A stretch of 63,962 nt of DNA, filler included, from Diploschistes diacapsis (GCA_023645945.1; 24 parts of 24 records of this genome joined end to end with filler, not necessarily neighbours in it); one strand, 5' to 3'. Shown: positions 24,503-37,740, numbered from the whole stretch's first letter. A program made the numbers and translations. The notes: generated from the letters alone by a model not told the origin.

Positions 24503-25841
24503 ATGCCTACCTTCACTCAACAATGCTTGGGCTTTGCCCTTCTAGCACTCACCACCATGCCTGCCTTGGCGCAGCAAGGCTACTACTTCGTGCTTGGTAC
24601 TGGAATGCCACTTACCATTGAACGCCTTGATCCTCTTCTGAGCCCTGGCTCAACCCCATCGCAGCACGTCCATAGCGTGGTGGGCGGCAATGGGTTTGCT
24701 GCTACGATGGACTTTGCTCAAACCCAAACGTCAACTTGTTCTACTACGCAGCCTGTGGATGATAAGTCGAACTATGTGAGCTGATTCTCTTAATCGAGGA
24801 GACGCTCATGCAAATCACGTCTCTGTTGGGTGTAAAGGATGGTATCTAGCTAGAACCTGATATATACTGAGTAGAAGTTTGGTTAATAACGAGAACTGAC
24901 AACAATCATAGTGGATGCCTGCCCTCTACTACCACGACCCTAATAACGGGTCTTTCATTCGAGTCCCCGAGCAGCCATACCACAAAATCTACTGTTCGTT
25001 CTTCCTCAATCCCAACTGCCCTCAAGGATACCACTGTGCTGATGCCCGAATTCCAGACAAATACGGCAACGGCACAAATCAATACGACACCGACATACAG
25101 GAATTCCCCGAAGAATTTCGCATGATCGCCGGTAACGCGCTCCTCCGTGCCGAAAACTCAACCGCCATGGGCCCCTACGGATCGGAGCTAGGCTGGTTCT
25201 GCCACGGCAACGGCACCTCGCAGTACCCCGACATCAGCGCCGTCGGCTTCCCGAAAGGCTTTATCGGCTGCCCCAACGGCCTCGCAGCCGCCATCACCAT
25301 GCCCTCGTGCTGGAACGGCGAGGACTTCGACGTATCCAACCCCTCTGCGCACATGGCCTATCCCGTCGCGGACGGAATCAGCGGTTGCCCCTCTACACAC
25401 CAGGTTGCGCGGTTCCCGCAGATCTTCGTCGAGTACTGGCTCAACATCGACACCTTCGACGGCTTGTACACGGCGAACGACAGCCCGTTTGTGCTGGCCA
25501 TGGGGGACGCAACGGGGTACGGCTACCACGTCGACTTCATCAACGGCTGGACTCCGGGCGTCCTGAACGCGACCATGCCGACGTGCACGCCGGGCAACAC
25601 CGGCGTGCCGCCGCTGTCGGATCCCACGTGCTTCGGCAACCGTGGGGGGATCTACTCGGACGAGGAGATCAAGGCCTGCATGCTCAAGCCGACGGTGAAC
25701 GAGGACTCCGGCTGGACGTACCCGGAGCAGGACAACCCGGATGGCGGTGTTCTGACGTACGGGGGCGTCTTGAATGCTCTGCCGGGCTGCCAGACGATTA
25801 CGACGGGGCCGGAGCCTGCGGTGCTGACTACCTGTTCCTGA
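24503..25841 (+). CDS. Secreted DUF1996 domain protein
   Basis: Signal peptide; ERLDPLLSPG..SQHVHSVVGGNGF, DKSNYWMPALYY, FRMIAGN, MPSCWNG, GYGYHVDFINGW; introns at 24776-24911 and 24994-25056. Confidence 0.92.
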
Positions 25842-28319
25842 AGAATTGCCTGTGGGGTGCTGTGGTTGGGTGGGAAACTTTATTCACTGCATGAGTATGA
25901 AAGGACGCTTCACGGTGTGAAAAGGGATGTGGGCCAAAAGGTATGAGCCCGGTTACGTAAAGAGTATTTCAAGCCGTTCGGGGCACTGTGCTTTGTGAAA
26001 TGCGATTTGTCTTTTGTATTATCAGGCTCAGGCCGAAAGCACCGCTCGGCCGGCCCACCAATACAGGCACCAGTAGAATCGGTACATCTTCCTAGTGTCT
26101 CCAGAGCCATCCAGTCAAATGCCCCTTCTCACACTACTAGTGTATAGTATGCACTTGTTGCGTTTGACATCCCAGCGGGCTCTACCCGAATGGAACTGTC
26201 CACACACACTACACCCCTGGATACTGGCCTTACTAGGCGCATCACAAGAACATGTTTTCCAAATAGAAGGCCCGGGACTCACAAGTGGCGGACGGACGCC
26301 GACCTCTGCTGGCGAATTAAAGCTTGGTGTTTTATAAGTCCTTCCGCATGGTGTACCAGTTGAGCAAACTATCTCAAGCAGGTTTCTTGCGATATTCCTG
26401 TTCCGTGAGCCAGTTCATTTATTCTTTATTGCTATAAAGCTGTTGCGGGAAAACACAAGTGAATGATCCGATTGGTCAAGCTTTACTTCAAACCCTTGCT
26501 CTGCTCTTGGTTCTATATACCTGTCCGTTCAAGAGGCTTCTATGGAGTCGAAGGCAACCTCGCTACTTGATAGAGAGACTTCAGCTCGGAGCACTTGAAG
26601 GATGACATGGCGGCTGAAGGCCGATTTCAGACTTCTGAATACCTTCATATTCCGAGGATCGTGTTCGTCAACTTGTTCATTTCTTTTGTCAAATATGGTC
26701 ATTTCCCATTTCTTAGTCATTTGGGTTGTGATCGAGCCAGAGCTTCGCACGGTCTCCCCAGCATTTCTCGAAATACGGCATGAAGCATGTGACTGTTTCA
26801 ATGTGAAGACAAAACAATCCTTTGCAAGTATTGTACACAATTTCAACTACGATATGCAATCGTTCCTCATCAATGGTCTTGAGCTCAAGCATGTGCGGCA
26901 TCACCAAAGTATTCAAAGGAAACTCATCTCAAAACATTTTTCACACCGCTAGCAGCCACAAGGCACATGCATCACACGGCCTATGGAATATCCTTGCACC
27001 TTGATGCGGGTCGGCGCACTGCTGAGCTGAGCTGTTCGATCGCTAAAACTATAAGGTCTCCGAGCCTTTCCTCATCCTCCTTGCTTTGCAGCTACTCATA
27101 TAGGCACAATGGCGCTACGATTAACCTCTTTGTCCTTCAGGGCGTTTAAACAGCTACAGCTTCCCTTCCCTCTCGACATGGAGCTCGCTCTCTTGGCACC
27201 GTTGCAACAGCAGGATCAGAAGGGTTAAAGTCCGTGCTACGGGAGATGGTCCCTGCGGAGCGTGAGCTCTACAGGGAACTACGAGCTAAGCATGGCGAGA
27301 AAGTCATTGGTGGTGTCAAGATCAAGCAGGCTCTCGGAGGAATGAGGTAGCCTTTCCCATTCCCCCCCAATTTAGCTTCTGCGGGCACACGCTTACTTGA
27401 TCTCCAAGAGAGATTCCCGCCATGGCCTGGCAAGGTTCCATCGTCTCCCCCCAATCCGGCGTCTCCTCCCACGGCGTTCCCTTCCTCGACGCCGTGTCGG
27501 GCGTACTATATCGCGTCCTCGGTCTTACAGAAGAGAGACTGGTGCGTGCCGTTGGGAGTAGCGCGAAGTATCGGCACAACGGCACAACTCATCTGGGATC
27601 GGGCACTTGGTCTGCCAATCGAGCGGTCGCGAAGCATGACAATGGAGTCGCTGATGGAGAAGGCGCAGAATGCGCGGTTAGCCACGTAAAGAGGAGGTAA
27701 TGATGAAAGAACAGTGTATTTTGCAAGCGTAGGATTGGGTAATCTGGGGACCTGAGGAGCCTTCTTCTCCACGTTTCGTATGGAATGTAGTTAGACTGGA
27801 AGAAGCTCCCGGTCTGGGGTTGCGCCATGCTTCACCGCTTCCTTCGGCTGAGTCCCGCAAGTCCATCGAGCTGGGACGTTCCTTGTTCTCTCTATTGGAC
27901 GACGAAGTGGATGCTCGTCGGCCTGCTAAGATGCAGCGTTGTGATTGTGTACGCTGGCGGGCGGCGTAGCAGTCCTCCTATCAACAAAGGTTCAGCACCA
28001 TGAACAGGGACCTGCATCGTACAGCATTGATACGGCAAATAATTCATGGAGTGCTTCAGCATAATGTTACAAACTTTACTACAGTTCTGGAGGCCTCTAG
28101 GTCCCCATCGTGTAGTTTTCTTCTGTGAAAACCTCAGCTATTGAACATTTTCAAACCTTCACAGTTGAAAACCAAGTCCATGTCCCATGAGTGTATTGCC
28201 AAGGCGATGGATTGAACATCTCGCAAAATGCCAGCTCAAGAATTTACACCCTCTGGCCCAACCGGACCTACTCCGCAGCCAGACGAGAAGACAAGCCCAA
28301 CGCCGCAAGATCCACCAAA

Positions 28320-28401
28320 ATGACAATGGCACCAGATCACCCACTCCCCCAGAACGAGCCCGCCGCCGCTGACGGCGGCGCCCACCTCGAAGGCCAACGG
28401 C
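28320..28401 (+). CDS. Possible 5' end of a gene truncated by the contig end
   Basis: CAAAATG start context; GC-rich open frame MTMAPDHPLPQNEPAAADGG running into the gap. Confidence 0.35.
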
Positions 28402-28501
28402 NNNNNNNNNNNNNNNNNNNNNNNNNNNNNNNNNNNNNNNNNNNNTTAATTAATTAANNNNNNNNNNNNNNNNNNNNNNNNNNNNNNNNNNNNNNNNNNN
28501 N

Positions 28502-29598
28502 GAACAGCATCAGATAAGATTAGGTCTAGATTCTTTCTATAGGTAGGCTGAATACTTCAGGTCCTAAACCGAATAGATAGCCCTAAAGGACCTTTTCGAA
28601 TGTAGAACGCCCCTACAGGAATACTACACAACCAGGGGCTGAGCCTAATCTAAAAGGATCACGTGTAGCTGCAATCTGTAGGCTGAATGGTTCAGATTCG
28701 AAAAGGTAAAGAAGGAACTATCTAGGTGGGAGTAGGGCACAAATAAATAGTCTAGGTGCCAGCCTTACTGCCCTACGGGGTTCAACCCTTAAACCCACAA
28801 ACGTTCAGGATGTTCCAATAATTACGATTTGAATTTATTACGTATAAACTTTCGGACGATTAATTAATTATAGATATTTAAGTACATTTAATTCGTATTT
28901 AAAAGAAAATTAACGCTATTAAATTGAATTAAAAGTTTAATACTAAATTAGTTTTTTAATAATTATTGGTTAATTTTTTATTATTTTATAACATATTAAT
29001 TGACGGTATTGATATTTAGATCGAAGAAATCGATTCAAAGAACGTGAATTACGATAAATATTTAAATAAGTTATCCGATAAGTAGGCGAGCTTAAAGATT
29101 AAGGTTATTATATATTCTAACGATAGGCGCTACGATAATAATAAACGCTTTAACGATAAACGAAATACCAATCAACGACGCGTCAATAATAAACCTATGA
29201 CGAACCGTTAAAACAGGACACGCTTACTTAAACCTAAATTAGACAATTATTTTCTTTATAACGACGATTATCGCGTATTAAAATATTCTTTCGCTTAAGA
29301 ATTCCGTAAATTTATCATAATAAGAAAAAAGTTTACCCGCAAACATCGTGACTATAATGCGGAATAAGATAATTCCTTCGAAGATAAAGATAGTTCGGCT
29401 AAATTTAAACCCGAACCTGAACCTTAATTAAAATATAATAATAAAGTTAATAATACGACAATGGATGCTATTATTAAGAGTAAGATTATTTCTATTAAAT
29501 GGATTGATGATATTAGCGTTTTATTATATATAATTAACTAGTTGCATTTGTTTAGAAAATTGATTTCTATTCGAAAACGACGAATTAAAGTCGGGAAA
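28502..29598 (+). mobile_element. LTR-like segment (family D) followed by Copia gag/protease remnant
   Basis: 28635-28800 is homologous to 32395-32560 and (reverse) 33590-33751; near 29495 translates KWIDDISVLLYIIN, a degenerate Copia protease WIxDTGASxHMT. Confidence 0.6.
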
Positions 29599-29701
29599 NN
29601 NNNNNNNNNNNNNNNNNNNNNNNNNNNNNNNNNNNNNNNNNNTTAATTAATTAANNNNNNNNNNNNNNNNNNNNNNNNNNNNNNNNNNNNNNNNNNNNAA
29701 C

Positions 29702-30111
29702 TGTTGGACATCCTACTAACTATAGTCAAACATCCTACTAGTAGTTATAGACTATTAGATGGGATTGCAGATGGTCTAGATCATTAGATCATTAATCTAA
29801 ATGTTGGATTAATAATTTAATAATATTAGGACCATGGATTCAATATAGGGGGAAATTAGATCTACTATTATGTTGGATTAAGGGGCGCATGATGTTGGAT
29901 TATAAATCCAACATTATCGGAGATTAAAATGTATATTAATCATTAGGCGTTAGTTAGGTGAAATGTGTCTATAAAAGACCTCTCACCTCCCGTCTTTACT
30001 AACGCTATCTTCATTCATTACCTCCTACAATAGTAATACATTACTATTGTACTCAGCATTATTTCCCTAGTCATTACTTGCCTATTTAGTAACCCCACTT
30101 CCACTTTCAAC
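29702..30111 (+). mobile_element. Probable solo LTR
   Basis: TGTTGG...TTCAACA termini and an internal TATAAAA. Confidence 0.45.
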
Positions 30112-30586
30112 ATTTAATTTAATAAGATAGCGCTACCTATTAGGTATTACCCCCGTTATTATAGTTATACTTTTAATTCTTAGGTCGTTGGTTCGAGCAC
30201 AGCCTTATCATCTATATAAATCGAATTAATTGCGTACTATTATTGCCTGCAAATGTAGATCTATTCAAGAACACAATGAACATGCCCAAAGACCTTTAAA
30301 TTATTATAGATAATTACGATAAACGGTTTAAGATATCTAACATACCCGGGACGTTATATGAGACGTGACAGGTACGGGGTCAGTCAGTGCGCTAAAGGCC
30401 AGCATTATAGGGAAGGGAGATAGTTATAAGGCTTACGGGGTTACACATCTACCACCTGCTGCTACAGCCACGCACCTACATATAATGTAATAGGGAACAG
30501 TGCTTCGGGGTTCTTGAAAGCATTGTGGTTAGTCTTTTGGCTCAGTGGGATAGCGCTACCTATTAGGCAATACCCCCGCTGTTACA

Positions 30587-30672
30587 AATTCGAAGAATTA
30601 TTGAAGATTTAAACTATTTCTTGGCAAACGTGGCCGGAATCTGGGGGTGGCCGGAATCCCCGTGAAACACGT
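30587..30672 (-). mobile_element. Fot1-type TIR end (TTTTGCCAAG subtype), reverse
   Basis: GTGGCCGGAATCTGGGGGTGGCCGGAATCCCCGTGAAACACGT+TA; another TIR begins at 30781. Confidence 0.85.
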
Positions 30673-31463
30673 TAATAAGTTAATAACCGACGTAACGTTC
30701 AAACGATATTATAAATATATTTTGCTCGATATATAATATTAAAATTATTAATTTATATACGATTAAATTAATAAGAATTAACGTGTTTCACGGGGNNNNN
30801 NNNNNNNNNNNNNNNNNNNNNNNNNNNNNNNNNNNNNNNTTAATTAATTAANNNNNNNNNNNNNNNNNNNNNNNNNNNNNNNNNNNNNNNNNNNNCTAAT
30901 TTTTTTAAAAATAATTTAATATGCCTTAAAGTTCTAAATTATTTGATAAAAATCCTATTTTATTAATTTTTAGCTTTAATTGGTGATAGCGAGCGGTTAA
31001 TAGGGTCCTGGATTGTATTTAATAAAAAGAGTTTAAATTAATCCCGTGTGAAACCAGAAAAGTTCTTATATTTTTGATATTGAAGCTATGCTTCCTCGAC
31101 TTTATTAATAAACGATCGCATAACGAAATGTATTTTAGTTTTATCGTAAAAAATAGTTTTGAGATATAATGAACATATTTTCTACATTTATTATTTTACG
31201 ATTATATTTTTAACCAGTTTTTTTATAAAAGAATGATATTATCTGGTTTAATATCGCGGTAGTGATTTATATTATTTAAATAATCCTAATTTCCGTATCG
31301 TTTATGTATCATTTTAGTTATTAATACTATTTCGATAAAGATTCTTTTTATCTGTTCAACGAGGGTATATTTCCGTGCTTTATTATTTAGCCTTTTTTAA
31401 GTTTTATATCTTTACTCATTTTTAGCAGTATATTTCTGATGGTTATAAATATATCTTTCAATA

Positions 31464-31900
31464 ACGTGTTTGACGGGGATTCCGGCCACCCCCAGATTCC
31501 GGCCACATCAAATCACTACCGTTAACATTCTAGGGTTTCTAGATACAATCTATTCGTCATAATTAAAATCTAATCGATCTAAATTGAATCTATCTTCTTC
31601 TTTTTTATCCTTCTCGATTTCAAAAACGCGACGACATTTTTTACGCATTATAGATCGTTTTAAAATTATCCGACTCGATTTAGCCCGAATTATTATTTTA
31701 AAAACTTTCTTTATATTAAACATAAAACGATCTTTTAATTCGATTCGTTTATTTAATTTATGTTTTTTACGATTATTAAAAAACATTTTTTGCTCTCGGT
31801 TTTCTTTACGAAACGTTGTGAGTTCAATCAATATACGTCGATTTAAACATACGAATTATTCGAGTCGAATAACGTCGAATCTGGCTAATTAATTTACCTT
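31464..31900 (-). mobile_element. Fot1/pogo right end with transposase C-terminus
   Basis: TIR at 31464; minus ORF 31550-31831 homologous to 39833-40348. Confidence 0.8.
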
Positions 31901-32389
31901 TCTTAAAAACGACGATCCGACAAGATAGCACGTTTTTCGCAACGTAAACGTAAAATAAACCCACGCAACCAAATTAAAATAGAAGAAAGTANNNNNNNNN
32001 NNNNNNNNNNNNNNNNNNNNNNNNNNNNNNNNNNNTTAATTAATTAANNNNNNNNNNNNNNNNNNNNNNNNNNNNNNNNNNNNNNNNNNNNGATAGATTG
32101 TTTTTTAATTAACGATTCATTTATTGAATCGTATTCTTTAATCGATAATATCTCGGTTAATTTTTTAAAAGACGGAAGTATAATCGACTTTCTTCTTTTC
32201 TTTTAATCCTTTCTATTAACGGGGGTTATTGTTTATAATAATTCGGCGGCGAATAATACTTTTAAGTTCGGTTATCGTGGACTTACTTAAATACTTAATT
32301 CGATTAACGTTTTAAACTCTCGTCACGAATACGAAAATAAAATAAGCTTTTCGAATATAAAACGTCAGCGCAAATATGAAATATTATAT

Positions 32390-32570
32390 TACCGGGGGCT
32401 AAGCCTGATCCGAAAGGATTACGTGTAGCTAGGCATCTATAGATAAAAGATCTCGATTCGAAAAGCTAGAAAAGAAATTATCTAAGTAGGAAGGTAACAG
32501 GAATAAATAGTATGTAGGTGCCAGCCCTACAGGGTTCGGGTCCTACTCGCCTACACAACCACCCCCTAAC
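32390..32570 (+). repeat. LTR family D fragment
   Basis: GGGGCTAAGCCTGATCCGAAAGGATTACGTGTAGCT shared with 28635 and with 33700-33745 (reverse). Confidence 0.65.
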
Positions 32571-33287
32571 ATCCTTGGCACGGTTGGTACCCGTCATGTG
32601 ACCCTGGTGGCTTGGCACGCCTGGGCTGATCTGTCTCAATAATATAATATTTATAAAAATATTCGTGTTTTAAATTTTTTAATCGTAATATCCGTGTCCG
32701 TGTTTTTATTATATGTAATACGCAGAACCCAATAAGGGCTACCAGGAGGTATGCCAAGCATATACCAAGGCCCGCTAACGTGTTCTTATATAAAAGCAGA
32801 GTTTTCGCAAACAAAGATAATTCTTTAAAAATTATTTCATTAATACATCTATCGTCTACTAAAGATCTAACCACCGAATAACTACTTATCTATTTTATTA
32901 TTATATTATAATATTAATTTATTACAATTATAACTTCTCTTTTTTTTAAAAAACTACGGTTCGAAATATAACAAATAACTCGCGACCGAAACGCAATACC
33001 CGTCTACAACCATAAAATAAACAAGAATCAAAAAACGAGTTTAACGAATCGTAAGCTTCTAATAACCGACCTATAAACAAAACAGTACCGAAAGAAGAAG
33101 CTCTTAATCCTATAAAACTAAAATAAATTCGGCTAAAAGATATCTGATTATAAAAACGAATAAAAGTATTAAAAGTAAAAAAAAGATNNNNNNNNNNNNN
33201 NNNNNNNNNNNNNNNNNNNNNNNNNNNNNNNTTAATTAATTAANNNNNNNNNNNNNNNNNNNNNNNNNNNNNNNNNNNNNNNNNNNN

Positions 33288-33408
33288 CTTTTTATATATG
33301 ATATTAAAGAATACTATTTTGAAAAAAAAACCCCGATTAATTTCGAAGAATTATTGAAGATTTAAACTATTTCTTGGCAAAAGTGGCCGGAATCCCCGTG
33401 AAACACGT
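33288..33408 (-). mobile_element. Fot1-type TIR end (TTTTGCCAAG subtype) missing one internal TIR repeat
   Basis: CTTGGCAAAAGTGGCCGGAATCCCCGTGAAACACGT+TA. Confidence 0.8.
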
Positions 33409-33849
33409 TATAAATTAATTTGAAAAAAACCTGGCGCTTATAAAAGATACAAGCATCTAAAGAAAAGGGTAATAAAATAGATCAGTTTAGGCGCTTATTA
33501 AGCCATAATGGCAGGGTAATATAATAAATCCCACCGAGGATAGCCGCTGTCAGCCGCGTTAAAGATGATAAAAAGTGGCTGTATAGGTGGGTATTAGCCG
33601 AAACCCTATAGGGCTGGAAGCTATATTATTTATTTGTGTCACCCTTCCATCTAGATAGTTTCTTTTTAGTTTTTCAAATCGAGACCTTTACCCTGCAGAT
33701 ACCAGTTACACGTAATCCTTCCGGATCAGGCCCAGCCCCCACTAGTGTAACATCCTTTCCTGCGCTGGCGTTTCAACGTTTGTTAATAAAAATACTATCC
33801 GTCGAAGATTCGTCGAAATCGATTTACTTTTAAAAAATATTTAAAACGT

Positions 33850-34383
33850 TGACGTCTTTATTTAGATTCTAAAGATGCTATAAAACGTTTATAATATTTT
33901 AGAGCGTATAGGAGCTGACGCGCCAAGGATTAGGCTAATGTTTGGTACGTTAATGAATATTTAATATAGATTAAAAGCGATGAAATGCGGTAATGGTTTA
34001 AAGACATTCTAGAGAATAATGGTTGTATAATTATATTGTTATTAAATGTAAGAATAAGAACAGCGTTATAATAATCGTTTTTTAAAAATAGATAAACGCG
34101 TTGAGTAACGATTTCTCGACGAATATTATTTAAATGAATGAATAACTACCGCCGAAGCATATTATTTACTTTTACGCGACATTATGTTTAAATTCACTAA
34201 CCTAAATAGGCACTTTATAGAATAATGCGACTATATATAATATTAATTATATTAAAGCTCTTTAAAAAGAATTAAATATTTAAACATTCGATTATTTTCT
34301 TTATAATCCAGATTTAAACCTTATCGAATATTTATGGCTTATTTTTAAAGAAATAACTTTTAAGTTTTATTTAAAGTTTAAAA
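33850..34383 (+). pseudogene. Tc1/impala-type DDE transposase fragment, RIP-degraded
   Basis: Near 34295-34345 translates YNPDLNLIEYLW, matching the Tc1 motif SPDLNPIEHLW. Confidence 0.7.
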
Positions 34384-34483
34384 NNNNNNNNNNNNNNNNN
34401 NNNNNNNNNNNNNNNNNNNNNNNNNNNTTAATTAATTAANNNNNNNNNNNNNNNNNNNNNNNNNNNNNNNNNNNNNNNNNNNN

Positions 34484-34807
34484 GCTCTAAGATGATAAAG
34501 GTAACGAATATAGATTAATCCCGAGTAATAATTTAAGATATTTATAAAAGTAAACACGTCCTAGATTCATAAAGGCCATAACGACGTTCTTATATAGCCA
34601 ACAGCTCCCTTAATAAAATAGATGAGTAAATAAATAAAATTACCGTTCTTTCTTTCTATTTACGACTGAGTAGAATGGTCCCCGGGACCTTTTACTCATC
34701 ACGTGACCCGTGTCACCCTAATTGGACTATATATAAGGAATAGTTGGGAAGTGCCCGACTAGCTGTTGCGTGCCAAGTACTACCGACTAGTACCTTGGGT
34801 CGTAACA
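34484..34807 (-). mobile_element. LTR related to family C, reverse
   Basis: GGGAAGTGCCCGACTAGCTG shared with family C; ends GGGTCGTAACA. Confidence 0.7.
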
Positions 34808-34809
34808 CC

Positions 34810-35177
34810 ACCGAAATATCGCGGTAAAAAAATAAAAGCGTGAAAAATAAACGTGATAATTCTAAAACTATTAGAAAATAAATATTATTTAAAAGTATTT
34901 CGGTAAATACACGGACACGGTAATAAATCCACTGACACGGACACTATAATTAAAATTTTTAAAACACGGATACTTCCACGGACATTGTATTATAGTAAAA
35001 GCACGGACACGGACATTACGATTAAAAATTTTAAAATACGGACACTTTCACGGATACTATACTGTAGTAAAAGCACGGACACGGACATTACGGCTAAAAA
35101 TTTCAAAACACGGACACTGCCACGGCCGTGTCCGTGCCACGGACACGGCCGTGTCAGTGTCCGTGACGGCCAGCCTA
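34810..35177 (-). mobile_element. hAT MITE half copy, reverse, interrupted by an LTR
   Basis: Ends GTGACGGCCAGCCTA; CACGGACAC arrays; central AAATAAAAGCGTGA block as at 3940. Confidence 0.85.
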
Positions 35178-35560
35178 ACCAGGTTATCGAACTTATGGAC
35201 GAAAAAATTCCAAAATTTGGACCTCTTTATAAAGCATCAGCGATAGAGCTGAAATTCCTTAAACAATATCTCTAAAAAATGTTCAAAAAAAGACACATTC
35301 GTAAATCCAAATTACTAATATCGTTTCTAATCATTTTCGTATCGAAACCTAACGGTAGAAAAAGATAAACTTTTCGACCTTATATCGACTTCCGGAAGCT
35401 TAACGTTATTATCGTGAAGAACCGTTATTCCATATTGAACATTCAGGAATTACGAGATCGATTATATGGCGTATTATAATACACGAAATTGGATTAACGA
35501 GCAAACTTTAATTTTATAAAGATAAAAGAGGACGAAGAATGGAAAATAGTATTTAAAATA
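35178..35560 (+). pseudogene. Gypsy reverse transcriptase N-terminal fragment
   Basis: FGPLYKAS..EL..LKQYL, IRKS, FVSKPNG, YIDFRKLN...VKNRY, EWKIVFK. Confidence 0.85.
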
Positions 35561-35679
35561 CGGACACTTTCACGGATACNNNNNNNNNNNNNNNNNNNNN
35601 NNNNNNNNNNNNNNNNNNNNNNNTTAATTAATTAANNNNNNNNNNNNNNNNNNNNNNNNNNNNNNNNNNNNNNNNNNNN

Positions 35680-36270
35680 ATTTAAAGCAGGGGATTAAAA
35701 ATAGGAGTATAAAAAATGGTAATATAATCCTAAATTTAGAATTCGTTTGATATAGTGCTGATTTGTACGTTTTTATTTTACGAGACCGAAAGTTATTGAT
35801 TGGTTTTTATATAAACGATATTTGGGTGGCAGCGCCGGAGCTACGACGTATTTTGATTAAAGAAAGCATTAGCTGAATATCATAAAATCAAGGATCTCGG
35901 GCAGATTAAAAAGCTTTGAGAAATAATAGATTACTGATAGCTTTTAGGTTTAGTAGGTTTAGGTTGAGTAGGTTTAGCTGAACTGACTTTCGATTAAGAG
36001 GTGTACGTCGAAAAGATATTTTAGCGTTTAGAATGATAACGGATATATATATGGGCCAGAAAATACCGTTTAATAAATACGACGGTATTGTATTAAATAA
36101 AGAGTTTTCCGAGATCATTAATAAAACTTAGTATTAAGAGATTATTAGTAATATAATATACTTAATAATTTATATTAAATTAGGCGTCATATTTATTATT
36201 AAAAAGCTAGGTTAATTTATGACTGATTTGTATATTCATTATTTATATACTTTAAAGAGATTGTTTCGTT
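35680..36270 (+). pseudogene. Probable Copia RT fragment
   Basis: Degenerate LIGFYINDI (YVDD) and IKDLG motifs. Confidence 0.55.
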
Positions 36271-36272
36271 AT

Positions 36273-36632
36273 AACGTGTTTGACGGGGATTCCGGCCACC
36301 CCCAGATTCCGGCCACTTTTGCCAAGATATATTTTAAATCATCAATAATTCATCGAAATTAGCCGTTATTTTTCTTCTTTTACGAAATGTTGTTTTGAGA
36401 CCATTTTTTATCATATTTCAAAAGTGCACATTGATTACGGCAGCAGCTAGCTTTTTTAAGCGAATTAAAAATGACTACTCGAAAAAGCGGGTTTTTTAAC
36501 CTTTTAAATCCTATCATAACGTAGCCAAAAAATTGTTACTAAATATACTATTATGAGGAGTTATTTGCGTAGATTTCATTAAAAATCCAAAACAATCTTC
36601 TTCGACGTTATACTGTCATCATTTTTCAGTTA
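36273..36632 (+). mobile_element. Fot1-type element end (TTTTGCCAAG subtype)
   Basis: TIR plus internal sequence (AAAAGTGCACATTGATTA) shared with 37322-37740 and 63608-63962. Confidence 0.8.
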
Positions 36633-36774
36633 ACGTGTTTGACGGTGAGTCCGGCCACCCCCAGATTCCGGCCATCTCAAATCACTGTTTTCATCTTACA
36701 TTCGATTTTTCTTAATAATGACTACCTCGTATCGCAATAATTCGATTTTAATAAAATTTAATATCAACGACTGT
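36633..36774 (+). mobile_element. Fot1/pogo left end nested at a TA site
   Basis: Homologous to 8049-8190. Confidence 0.8.
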
Positions 36775-36874
36775 NNNNNNNNNNNNNNNNNNNNNNNNNN
36801 NNNNNNNNNNNNNNNNNNTTAATTAATTAANNNNNNNNNNNNNNNNNNNNNNNNNNNNNNNNNNNNNNNNNNNN

Positions 36875-37320
36875 TTTATAAGGAGACCGTAAATAATTTA
36901 ATTTTCGAATAAAACTAAGAAGTAGCAATAAAAAAATGGATCGATTTTTCACTATGAAATCAGATTTAAAATGAATTACCTAAACCACCTAAACCCATCA
37001 ATATTATAAACTTAAGATAGGTTTTCGATATCAAGTACAATCTCAATAGCGATATTAAAAAATTTAAAATTAGATTAGTCGCAAGAAGGTTCTCGTAAAG
37101 GCAAAGTATCGATTTTAATAAGACATTTGTTTTTATTATTCGAGCCGACTCGTTATGAATTTTACTGGCCGTTATAATAACTAAAGATTTGGAATGTTGG
37201 TCAATAAACGTTAATAACGGGTTTATCGAAACATTATTAATATATTAGATCTATATAACCGTATTAAAAGGATATAAGGTTCCGAAAGACACCGTGCTTA
37301 AAATTAATAAAAGCTTATAT
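36875..37320 (+). pseudogene. Copia RT (RVT_2) fragment
   Basis: KFKIRLVARRFS, DFNKTF, INVNNGF, LKINKSLY; these match KARLVARGF, DVxNAF and LxKSLYG. Confidence 0.8.
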
Positions 37321-37321
37321 T

Positions 37322-37740
37322 ACGTGTTTGACAGTCATCTGGGCCACCCCCCATCTCGGCCACTTTTGCCAAGATATATTTTAAATCTTTAATAACTCTT
37401 CGAATTTAATCGTTATTTTTGATTTTTATTCGCAACATTACTATTAGCTGAATCATCTATCATACCCGAAAAGTGCACATTGATTATGTCAGCAGTTGTT
37501 TTTTTAAGCGAATTAAAAATAATAAATCGAAAACACGTATTATTTTATCTTTCAAAATCGGGCATAACGCAGCAAAACATATATTTTTTAAATATGACAA
37601 TATAAGCAGTTTTATGCGTAGATCTTAACAAAAATATTAATAAACGCTTTTTCAACGTATACAGTCGTTATGTGGTCTTATTCTTTAAAATCAGTATATT
37701 TAAAGAATTTTGGTTGGCGACGGCTAGTTTTCGTATAAAG
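37322..37740 (+). mobile_element. Fot1-type element end, variant TIR
   Basis: ACGTGTTTGACAGTCATCTGGGCCACCCCCATCTCGGCCACTTTTGCCAAG. Confidence 0.75.

Noticed and set aside
25188..25894. Alternative-frame and antisense ORFs over DUF1996
   Set aside because: Shadows of a GC3-rich coding exon
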